Below are positions 1 through 8,547 of a stretch of DNA of 64,000 nt, one piece after another. The stretch is from Candidatus Woesearchaeota archaeon (GTDB lineage: Archaea > Nanobdellota > Nanobdellia > Woesearchaeales > GW2011-AR4): contig JACOUX010000006.1 of assembly GCA_016177615.1 (NCBI GenBank), positions 30,131 to 94,130 of the forward strand. The letters run 5' to 3'. The notes beneath the pieces were generated by a model, which worked only from the letters and a program-made list of their open reading frames with translations, ran no database searches and was not told the DNA's origin. The position numbers were made by a program, and so were the translations under genes. Each line of letters starts with the position of its first letter. Position 1 is the first letter of the stretch.

Positions 1-3000
1 TCCAGCTCCCAGTCATCTGGAATTCCGTCTCCGTCTGTGTCTTTAGCGCCTGCTGCCTCTTCGCTGTCAGGAATGCCGTTGCAATTCACATCATTGTCTG
101 CGCATGTTTTGCATGTTGAGGAAACACATTTTAAGTCGCTGTCGCAGTCATTATTCCTGATGCATGCCTTACCCTCCAGGCATTTTTCCGGGCATAATCC
201 TCCGCAGTCTATATCTGACTCGCTTGAGCTCAATTTGCCGTCAGAGCACGTTTCGGGAACTTGGCAATATCCAAGGCTGCAGTAAAAGCTTGCGCAATCG
301 CTGTTCTGGGTGCATTTCTTGTCAATCTGGCATTTTGCAGAGCATTGGCCTCCGCAGTCTACATCAGGCTCAAGCTGGTTCTTTATCCCGTCGCCGCATG
401 TAGGCTCTTTGCACAAGTTGTTATGGCAGAATTTGCTCCTGCAATCTGAATTGGTGCTGCAGGCAGAATTCAATTCGCATTCTCCCCTGTCCCTGCAGTT
501 TACTCCTGTTGAATTTGTTGCGCAATTTTGAGTTCTTATCCTGCAATTCCTGCAGTTAAGGGTTCCGCTTATGAAGTTGCTGCTGTAGCTGGTGCAGCTG
601 GTGCTTAGATTGCCAAAATTATTCCCATCACATTCCTCTCCTGCGTCTATAAGCCCATTGCCGCATTTTTCTGCTTCCTGACATGATTGCGTATCAAGCT
701 TGCAGGAGCTGGTACATGCTATCTCTCCTGTTCTGAAAAACACAGAATACGCAGAGCAGCTTTTATTCAATGCCCCGAAATTGTTGCCGTCGCATTCTTC
801 ACTTGGGTCTATGAGCCCGTTGCCGCATTTGTCAATCGGGTTGCATGAGCTTGTGTCAATGGCGCAATTTTTGCACTTCAGCTGGCCGCTGCTGAAACTG
901 CTGTAGTCTTTGCAGTCCTGTATACTTCCAAACTTATCATTATCACATGTTTCTCCAACATTAATTATATTGTTGCCGCATGAGCCTGCGCCTCCAAAGC
1001 AAGTGCCGGTATCGAGCTTGCAGCTGCTGTCGCATTTTAAGGTTCCGCCGCTGAAAGTCTCTGAAGAATACTGCTGGCACTGCCCGTTTAATGGACCGAG
1101 ATTGGTTCCATCACACTGCTCTCCAGGATCGATGATTCCGTTGCCGCATTTTTGCTTTGGCACGCATTTAGAGGTGTCCAAAAAGCACCCTGGAGTGCAG
1201 CCCACAGCGCCAGATGAAAAGTTCAGGTCCGAGCAGCTGCTTATTAAACCAAAAACATTGGTGTCGCAATGCTCCCCTGTATTTATCACCTTGTCTCCGC
1301 AATGCGGCTGCTCTGTGCATTTTGTTTTGTCGAGCTTGCATCCTGAACATCCAAGATCCCCTCCAATATAATTTGGGAAAAATGTGCATGTATTGATTGT
1401 GTCGCCAAAAACAGGACCTTTGTCATCGCAAAGCTCTCCAGAATCTATCTTGGCATTGCCGCATGGCGATGGCTGGTCGCATTGCGAAAAGTCAAACTGG
1501 CAGTCTGTTGATTTGCATTTCAAAGTTCCTCCTGCATAATTGAAGGATTTGCAGTTCTTGCTGTCGAGATTTGACCCGTCGCATTGCTCTCCTGCATTGA
1601 TTGCTCCATCTCCGCATCTTGGAGTGGTTGTGCAGTCGGCATAGTTAAATGTGCAGTCCCCTTTGCATGCAATCTGTCCAGCAGTATAGCTATCAAACAT
1701 TGAACATGTTTTGCCGTCGAGATTTGCCTTGTCGCATTGCTCGTTTACATCAGCATTATTCGGTTTCTGAACTATTGAATCTCCGCACCGTGGCTTATTT
1801 TCATCAGGAATGCATGCGCTAGTGTCATAAATGCAGCTTGTTGTACATTTCAATTCCCCTGAAAGGTAGCCAAGAGATTTGCAAGTGTTTCCTTTCAAGT
1901 CGGTTTTATCACATTCTTCTATGTTTTGATTTATTGTGCCATCTTGGCATGTTGGCGGATTAATTGGAGTGCATTTAGAATAATCGAAAGTGCAATCGCT
2001 CCTGCATCCAAGGTCGCCTCCGTTATATGCATCAAAAGAGGTGCATGTTTTGCTGTCAAGATTTGCCTTGTCGCATTGCTCGTTTACATCAGCATTATTC
2101 GGTTTCTGAACTATTGAATCTCCGCACCGTGGCTTATTTTCATCAGGAATGCATGCGCTAATATCATAAATACAGCCTGTGCATTTTAAGTTCCCTGAAC
2201 TGGATTTGTAACCAAATGACTGGCATGTTTTTCCCTGTAAATCGGGATCATCGCAATCTTCATTTAGCTGATTTTTAATTCCGTCCCCACATTTTGCTGT
2301 TTTCGCCTGGCAGCTTGTCGTGTTGATTTTGCATCCAGAACAAAGCAGGTCTCCGCTTATGAGGCTTGTGCTGTAGTTTATGCATGTTCCGCTGAATAAA
2401 CCAAATTTGTTGCCGTCGCAAGTTTCCCCTAATGCAGTGTCTATAACACCGTCTCCGCAGAAGTTTGGAGTGGCACATCCTGATGTGTTGAGCTTGCAGT
2501 TTATGCAGCTTAGCGAGCCGCTTGTGAAAGACCTGCTAAAGTTTGTGCATATTCCATTAAGCTTTCCGAAATTGTTGCCGTCGCATTCTTCACTTGGGTC
2601 TATAAATCCGTTGCCGCACGTCGGGCTTGGCCTGCAGCTTGTTGTGTCTAATTTGCAGTCAGAACTGCAGCTTATTGCCCCGCTTTCGAAATATTGGCTG
2701 TAATCAATGCATCTTGTTGTAAGGCTTCCGAGATTTGTCCCGTCGCATTCCTCGCTCGGGTCTATGAGCCCATTGTTGCACAGCGGCTTTGGAGTGCATT
2801 TTGCTGTATCAAGCCCGCAATTTTTGCAGCTTATATTGCCGCCCTGGAATCCAAGATCTGCGCAGCTGTCTATGACGCCGTAAAATGGCGAGTCGCAAGA
2901 TTCTCCTGGATTTATGAATTTGCCGTCGCATGCTCCAGAGGCTCCGGAGCAGCTGCTCGTATCAAGCTTGCAGCCATTGCATCTCATGCTGCCTCCTGTA

Positions 3001-6000
3001 AAGAAATTCGGATATGCCTCTTTGCAATTTGTAGTTGGCAGCCCAAGATTATTGCCGTCGCATTCTTCTCCTGCGTCTATGATGCTGTTTCCGCATAAAG
3101 CCCTTGGCTTGCATTGGGATGTATCCAGATAGCAATTTTGCCCGCATGCCAGTTGTCCAGATGCGAAGCCAAGATCAGTGCATAGTTTTGCAGCCCCGAA
3201 AAGATTTCCTTTTGTGTCGCAATGCTCACCTGAGTCAAGCTTTCCGTCCCCGCAATATGCAGGTGAAATGCAGTTTGACGTATCTGGAAGGCAGCTGTTG
3301 CGATTGCATCCTAATCTTCCTCCGATGAAGTTTGAATAAGAGGTACATTTATTTATAGGCCCGAAAACAATGGTTCCTGCGTCCGGATCGCAAAGCTCAT
3401 TTGTGTCAAGCCTTCCGTTTCCGCAAGGCAATGTTGTGTCGCATAGTGAAATGTCCACAGTTATGCCGTCGCTTGCTTTTGGCTGGCTTTCTATGCCTGC
3501 AAAATTCTTTGCCTTGACGCTGAATGTATATCTGGAATTGTCCTCTAAATTAAGGTTCTCGACCCAAAACCATTGGTTCCCTATGCCTGCTGCAATCTCC
3601 ACAAAGTCTTTAAGCAGCTGGCTTCCTTTAAATAAAGAGTAGAAATAGCTCCTTACATTAGACTCGTTGTCCTCTGCCAAAAATTTTACCCTTAGCTTGT
3701 CTGTGTTACATGTCTTGTCCGGCATTGCAAGCGTGCTTGTGTCATTTACAAAAAGCATTGCAGGAGCAGTTGTGTCAATCACAAAATTTATTGAGGTGCT
3801 TGCTGTTTCTCCTGTTGCGCTATTGCACTCTATGTTAAATGAGTATTTTCCCACATTTAACGTTAGCTCCTTCCTATGCAAATATGCTGCAGGGCCCATC
3901 ACATTTCCTGTGCTTGAAGAGGCCGCGTCTGAATAAGTGCATATTGCTCTCTTGTTTGTTTCAAGCGATATGACTGCTGTGGTTGTATTGAACAAACTTC
4001 CTGTATGGGACATGATTTTTAATGCCGCATTAACATCTACACTTACTGTAACTCCCTTTGTATCCGACTCAAGGCCTGAGCGGCTTTGGCACGCGACAAA
4101 GTAAGATACGCTGTTTCGGTTCTGGAGCGTGACTTCCTGCCTGTTTATTTCCCTAAAGTTATTGTCGTCAAAGCCGTCAAATTTATTCTCCATTGAGCTG
4201 AAAATCCTTTGGCTTGTGCTGTATTTGCAAACAGAAGGCTTATCTGTTTCAGCAGTCAATGTAGTAATAAATGGCTCTTCGGAAATTGGGTTTGGAAATG
4301 CTGTTAACTGGCTTATTTTTGGCTTTGCTGAATCCACGCTCAAGTCAAACGAATTTGATGAAATCCCCCTCCTGTCCTTGCATTTGACATAGAGCTTGTG
4401 GGTTCTTGAGTCTCCTGGCTGTATCCTGTTAAAATTTAAAATATTATGCAGCGTGGATCCTGTGTTTGTGAATCTCGCCATAGAAGCATAATTAAATTCA
4501 TTGTCAAAGCTGTACCTGCACTCTGCATCATTATCTGTTTCGACAGCTATTTCAAATGAATAGGATGTTGCTGCGCCGTTTCTCGGCTTTACAAGCTTTA
4601 TGGTTGTTGGGTTTGCATCAACGGTGAACAAAGACCTGCCGGTAACGCTGTTTCCTGCATAGTCTGCGGCTTCGGCAACAAGATTTTTATGGCCGTCAGA
4701 GAGGTTAACTGCTGCAGAAAATATCTTGTTGTCTGTTGTGTTAAAAATCCTTTTTATGTCCTGCCCGTCCAAAATTATGGATCCGAGAATAACTTCCTCG
4801 TTGAAAGACATGCGGATTTGCACTTTGGAAGAGTCATTTATGACTGCGTTATTTTCGGGAATAAGCGTGATTGTTGGCGCAGCTGTATCTATGACGATTG
4901 CAACAGCATAAACTGCATCCATCATGATGTTTTTTTCGTTTTTGGCATTGAACTCAAGCAAATATTCGCCGTCGCGGAGCAGTTCCGGAACCTGCAGGAT
5001 TGATTGTGTGCTCAATTGGGGGCTGCTCTGCAAATCAATTATTTTGCTTTTGTCCTTGGCAGATAGCTTTACAGAAAGCATAGTTGCAGGCTCGAAAAAC
5101 CTGATTGATATTGCTGGCCTTGGGTTGCTTGTGTAGATCTTACCTAGAACTTTTTGGCTTCCGATTATATCGACGGAAAATACTTTCGGACCAGCAGTAT
5201 TGCTGTATGCGTCAATAGGAATTATTTTGACTTTGCCAAGGTTCTTGGACGGGTCTTGGGAGTAATACCTGATGGTGTTGCGGCCTTCCCTGAATGACAA
5301 AAACCTGCTACCAGTTGTTGCGTCAAAAGCGTTTAGGTTGCTTATTATCACTGATCTTCCTGCCGTGAACGAGTCATAAGGAAGGTTATTGCACGGCTCC
5401 ACGCATAAAAAAGTAAGGTAATCTGCAGATGTCCTTAAAAATGAAGATCCATTGAAGCTTATCTTGTCGAGAACCTGTATGTTCAGACTGTCGTATATTC
5501 CCTTGGAGTTTCTGCCTGCCGTTATTGTTGTGTTTGGAGCAAAGTAATCGCTCTCACATTCCCTGCTGTCACAATCCGGAGCATCATCCCCATCAGCATT
5601 TTTTGCGCATCCGTTTCCGAAATTCTCGCAGACCTTTATGCCGCATACATCATTTGACTGGGATACTACGTGATTATTTTCATCAAGAATCACCTGGTTG
5701 TTACACTGGCTGGTGTCATAATCCATGCACACCAAATTATTGCAGCTTGCAGACTTTCCATTGCTGTAATAGCATTTGAATGCCCCTTCTGAAAGCGCAT
5801 CTGATTTTTCTTTTGTGCACAAGTCAAATATTTCATTGTAAGAGCGCAGGTTTTTCAGCGTTTCTGTTCCTTTTCTGTCGCACCACTTGCAGTTATAATC
5901 TTTTGTGCTCACACATGCCCCGATGCCAAATTGCCCAATTAGGGGCAGGGGCTTCCATACGCAATTTCTCAGCGCACAGTTGTCTGTGTTGCATGCACCT

Positions 6001-7298
6001 TCTGTTTTATAGTCATAGCATTCCATTGAAGGGTTGCAGTTGAAGCATGCATTCACAATTGTATAAGATCTATCATAAAAGCAGTATTTCTGGTTTCCGT
6101 CATCATATTTTTCGCATTCCTGCTTTGTGGTAAACACCCCAGTAGGGTCTTTTGCATTAATTGAGCAGTCTTCCTTATTTACACATCTTGGCTGCTGGCC
6201 GGTTGGCTTTAATGGAAGGCAAACCTGGTTTGGGGTGCATGCCAGTTGAGGGCCTTTAAGCCTGTTAATCTCGTCGCAGGCAAACGCCTTGTTGAACTTT
6301 TCCCTGTATTTGGCTACTACCTTGAGTGCAAAATCCCCTGAGAACTCATTTGGAAAATTGCTTACAAGATAGCTTTTGTACTGCTCATAAGTAGCTCTCT
6401 GGATGCAGAAAGGGCTATTGGAGGTTATTCCCAAGCACTCAATGTTTCCAAGGCTTGCTGTTTTTGAGATTGTTGGTGTTGCTGACTGTGGGGCATAATG
6501 CACCTTTATCTGATAAGTGTAGACATTATCAAACAATAAGTCGCTTGAAGAGTCCTCGAATTTGGCTTCCGAGGTTGTTGCTACAAGGGCAAAATTTGTG
6601 CAACTGCTTCCCCTGCACCTCAATACATCATAAGACTTTGCATTCTGGCTGCATTCATCTCTCCATTCAAGCCTTAATTTCTGCTCTCCTCTGGCAGGGT
6701 TGATGATTAATTCTGAAAGCTTAGGGGTGTATGCTGCATTATTGCAGTTTGCCGGAGGAGTCTTGCATGTCCCGCCTGACTCAACTTTGGTGCTGGTGGT
6801 TGCGCATGCAGTATCAAGAGAGTCGGCGCACCCGTTCCTGTCATTATCGATGCCGTCATTGCATTGAGGAATTGCGCATTTTTCATTGCATTCCTGTATA
6901 GAGCTTACTCCACCATAGAATGTAGTTCCAGGGTTTTTACACTGGAATTCAAGCACATTCACATTGCTGCCGATTGCAGAGCAGCAGCATCCCCTTGCTT
7001 GGCATTCACTGACTCCATCGCATGCCTGCCTGTCCTTGTAAAAAAGCTGGATGCACTCCTGCTGGTCTTTTGGCCCATTAGGCCAGTTATAGTATTCAGG
7101 GCTCTCTTCCTTGTTTGGGCAGCACAAGGATGCTTCCAGCAGGATTTCTGAATAGCATTTCACAGCTGTCGGTGCGCCTGGGTTGATGCAGCACCCTCGC
7201 CCTGCAAGCTGCGCATAGGCAGGACTGATGCTAAGTAATGCCATTATGCACAGCAATGAGTACAATAAAATTGCTTTTTTTGTTTTTTGAATCCCCAT
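1..7298 (-). CDS. Giant secreted cysteine-rich surface protein (>=2432 aa in window; C-terminus lies beyond window position 1). Signal peptide, Cys-rich N-domain, Cys-free beta-rich middle (~5500-3400), then a tandem array of cysteine-rich repeats
   Basis: Minus-strand frame from ATG at 7296-7298 (preceded by in-frame TAA) was hand-translated for 7298->~5200 and is in frame again at ~2660 and at 1-60 (codon phase identical). N-terminus MGIQKTKKAILLYSLLCIMALLSISPAYA|QLAG is a classic signal peptide. Region ~3400-1 encodes repeated units with CG(N/D)GxIDxxEECD(G)NN motifs (e.g. TCGNGFIDPSEECDGNNFG at ~2600), resembling Myxococcus-type cysteine-rich repeats, and a DTDGDGIPDD Ca-binding-like motif at the window edge. 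All + strand ORFs in the track between 37 and 7151 are antisense artefacts of this gene. Confidence 0.7.
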   Translation of the reverse strand, partial: MGIQKTKKAILLYSLLCIMALLSISPAYAQLAGRGCCINPGAPTAVKCYSEILLEASLCCPNKEESPEYYNWPNGPKDQQECIQLFYKDRQACDGVSECQARGCCCSAIGSNVNVLEFQCKNPGTTFYGGVSSIQECNEKCAIPQCNDGIDNDRNGCADSLDTACATTSTKVESGGTCKTPPANCNNAAYTPKLSELIINPARGEQKLRLEWRDECSQNAKSYDVLRCRGSSCTNFALVATTSEAKFEDSSSDLLFDNVYTYQIKVHYAPQSATPTISKTASLGNIECLGITSNSPFCIQRATYEQYKSYLVSNFPNEFSGDFALKVVAKYREKFNKAFACDEINRLKGPQLACTPNQVCLPLKPTGQQPRCVNKEDCSINAKDPTGVFTTKQECEKYDDGNQKYCFYDRSYTIVNACFNCNPSMECYDYKTEGACNTDNCALRNCVWKPLPLIGQFGIGACVSTKDYNCKWCDRKGTETLKNLRSYNEIFDLCTKEKSDALSEGAFKCYYSNGKSASCNNLVCMDYDTSQCNNQVILDENNHVVSQSNDVCGIKVCENFGNGCAKNADGDDAPDCDSRECESDYFAPNTTITAGRNSKGIYDSLNIQVLDKISFNGSSFLRTSADYLTFLCVEPCNNLPYDSFTAGRSVIISNLNAFDATTGSRFLSFREGRNTIRYYSQDPSKNLGKVKIIPIDAYSNTAGPKVFSVDIIGSQKVLGKIYTSNPRPAISIRFFEPATMLSVKLSAKDKSKIIDLQSSPQLSTQSILQVPELLRDGEYLLEFNAKNEKNIMMDAVYAVAIVIDTAAPTITLIPENNAVINDSSKVQIRMSFNEEVILGSIILDGQDIKRIFNTTDNKIFSAAVNLSDGHKNLVAEAADYAGNSVTGRSLFTVDANPTTIKLVKPRNGAATSYSFEIAVETDNDAECRYSFDNEFNYASMARFTNTGSTLHNILNFNRIQPGDSRTHKLYVKCKDRRGISSNSFDLSVDSAKPKISQLTAFPNPISEEPFITTLTAETDKPSVCKYSTSQRIFSSMENKFDGFDDNNFREINRQEVTLQNRNSVSYFVACQSRSGLESDTKGVTVSVDVNAALKIMSHTGSLFNTTTAVISLETNKRAICTYSDAASSSTGNVMGPAAYLHRKELTLNVGKYSFNIECNSATGETASTSINFVIDTTAPAMLFVNDTSTLAMPDKTCNTDKLRVKFLAEDNESNVRSYFYSLFKGSQLLKDFVEIAAGIGNQWFWVENLNLEDNSRYTFSVKAKNFAGIESQPKASDGITVDISLCDTTLPCGNGRLDTNELCDPDAGTIVFGPINKCTSYSNFIGGRLGCNRNSCLPDTSNCISPAYCGDGKLDSGEHCDTKGNLFGAAKLCTDLGFASGQLACGQNCYLDTSQCKPRALCGNSIIDAGEECDGNNLGLPTTNCKEAYPNFFTGGSMRCNGCKLDTSSCSGASGACDGKFINPGESCDSPFYGVIDSCADLGFQGGNISCKNCGLDTAKCTPKPLCNNGLIDPSEECDGTNLGSLTTRCIDYSQYFESGAISCSSDCKLDTTSCRPSPTCGNGFIDPSEECDGNNFGKLNGICTNFSRSFTSGSLSCINCKLNTSGCATPNFCGDGVIDTALGETCDGNKFGLFSGTCINYSTSLISGDLLCSGCKINTTSCQAKTAKCGDGIKNQLNEDCDDPDLQGKTCQSFGYKSSSGNLKCTGCIYDISACIPDENKPRCGDSIVQKPNNADVNEQCDKANLDSKTCTSFDAYNGGDLGCRSDCTFDYSKCTPINPPTCQDGTINQNIEECDKTDLKGNTCKSLGYLSGELKCTTSCIYDTSACIPDENKPRCGDSIVQKPNNADVNEQCDKANLDGKTCSMFDSYTAGQIACKGDCTFNYADCTTTPRCGDGAINAGEQCDGSNLDSKNCKSFNYAGGTLKCKSTDCQFDFSQCDQPSPCGNAKIDSGELCDDKGPVFGDTINTCTFFPNYIGGDLGCSGCKLDKTKCTEQPHCGDKVINTGEHCDTNVFGLISSCSDLNFSSGAVGCTPGCFLDTSKCVPKQKCGNGIIDPGEQCDGTNLGPLNGQCQQYSSETFSGGTLKCDSSCKLDTGTCFGGAGSCGNNIINVGETCDNDKFGSIQDCKDYSSFSSGQLKCKNCAIDTSSCNPIDKCGNGLIDPSEECDGNNFGALNKSCSAYSVFFRTGEIACTSSCKLDTQSCQEAEKCGNGLIDAGEECDGNNFGNLSTSCTSYSSNFISGTLNCRNCRIRTQNCATNSTGVNCRDRGECELNSACSTNSDCRSKFCHNNLCKEPTCGDGIKNQLEPDVDCGGQCSAKCQIDKKCTQNSDCASFYCSLGYCQVPETCSDGKLSSSESDIDCGGLCPEKCLEGKACIRNNDCDSDLKCVSSTCKTCADNDVNCNGIPDSEEAAGAKDTDGDGIPDDWEL
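1720..2160 (-). repeat. Intragenic tandem duplication: 102-bp perfect direct repeat (1720-1821 and 2059-2160), period 339 bp (= 113 codons), within the repeat array of the giant surface protein
   Basis: Exact identity of 'agatttgccttgtcgcattgctcgtttacatcagcattattcggtttctgaactattgaatctccgcaccgtggcttattttcatcaggaatgcatgcgcta' at both positions; flanks similar but diverged. Confidence 0.9.
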
Positions 7299-7311
7299 TT
7301 TTATTTTTGAC

Positions 7312-8547
7312 TCATTTTCTTTTGACAAATATTTCCTGCCAGTCCTTCAGCGCCCCATCAGCAACTTCGACCCTGAAAGTAATGGATGGCTGGTCTAATA
7401 TGGCAGATTCGGGATTGCCCGGCAATTGCGCATATACACTATATGAAAGCTGGTCTTCATCCGGGTCCTCTGCATTTTTCTGGTAGCCCTGCAGCAGCTT
7501 GCTTTCATCTATCAGTTCATCTGCATCAAATTCTACAACATTGTTTATTATATAGTAAAGTGCCGGCGCCCTATTTTTTCTGGCAAAGATATATTGGAAT
7601 TGCCTGCCGTTCACCAGCGATTTTTGGTCAGTGATTATTATTATATCTGCTTTCGCCTTTGTTTCATCATTGTATGGGTATTCATTTTTGACTACGGCCA
7701 CGGTCATAAAATCTCTATTTTCTGCATTGCCCATATCAAATTTTATGCTTCTGGTGTCATTCCTGATTAAATTTTTCGCAAAAAAATAGATTTCCTTCAG
7801 CCTTACATTTACATTTGTAGAGAATTCGCTTAACTGTGATGACTCTTTTGTTTTTGCATCAGTTATTGTTATAGGAATCTTTGACTTGACGCTTATATCG
7901 CCGCTGCCTATGATCACTGTTGTATTGGGCTTTTTCATTGCTACGTTTATGCCCTGCTCCTTAAATATGTTGAAATTTGCGCATGCTGCCATGTTGTTGT
8001 TGATGAAAGATTCCATCTGGTCCTGAAAAGAATGAGGGCCTTCAGACGAGTTTATTGGGGGAAGATAGCTGATGCCGAAATAGCCTTCAAACTTTTCATT
8101 CGCATATCTTTCAGTATATGGGAATATTTTCCATGGATAATCCCCATTGTTTGTGTTTGAAGAATATGATATGTCGTCATAAGCTGCTGCAAAGCTTGGG
8201 GGCATGATGTTGTAGGAAACATTGTAGTTGTTGTATTTTACAAATAACATGCCCTCGCTTGTTTTAGGAGGAGCAAGGGTTACCCCTCCCTGTCCTTTGT
8301 ATATAACTCCGCCTTGGTTTCCTAATAAAATTAAAGAGTCTTTTGTAAGCTTGTCAAGGCATTTTACTACAAATTCCTTTATAGGACTTGTTTCAAGCGC
8401 AGTCTCCTGCACTTTTTTTATGCTCTGCTGGGTATTTTTTTTAATGGCGGACTTGGAGAGGTACAAGACAAGGCTTACTACTATGAATAATAAAAGTCCT
8501 ATAATAAGCAGCATTGTAACCTGCGATCTTGCAGATGCTTTGCTCAT
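7312..8547 (-). CDS. N-terminally membrane-anchored extracytoplasmic protein (~411 aa), unknown function; middle gene of the surface-protein operon
   Basis: ORF 7312..8580; the preferred start MSKASARSQVTMLLIIGLLLFIVVSLVLYL (8547) directly abuts the stop of the upstream 843-aa gene. Single N-terminal TM helix followed by Asn/Ser/Tyr-rich soluble domain. 13-nt gap to the giant gene downstream. Confidence 0.55.
   Translation of the reverse strand: MSKASARSQVTMLLIIGLLLFIVVSLVLYLSKSAIKKNTQQSIKKVQETALETSPIKEFVVKCLDKLTKDSLILLGNQGGVIYKGQGGVTLAPPKTSEGMLFVKYNNYNVSYNIMPPSFAAAYDDISYSSNTNNGDYPWKIFPYTERYANEKFEGYFGISYLPPINSSEGPHSFQDQMESFINNNMAACANFNIFKEQGINVAMKKPNTTVIIGSGDISVKSKIPITITDAKTKESSQLSEFSTNVNVRLKEIYFFAKNLIRNDTRSIKFDMGNAENRDFMTVAVVKNEYPYNDETKAKADIIIITDQKSLVNGRQFQYIFARKNRAPALYYIINNVVEFDADELIDESKLLQGYQKNAEDPDEDQLSYSVYAQLPGNPESAILDQPSITFRVEVADGALKDWQEIFVKRK

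Noticed and set aside
37-7151. Dozens of 60-150-aa + strand ORFs in the ORF track
   Set aside because: They lie antisense to the single continuous minus-strand giant cysteine-rich gene and have no start context or homology; they are products of its biased codon composition.
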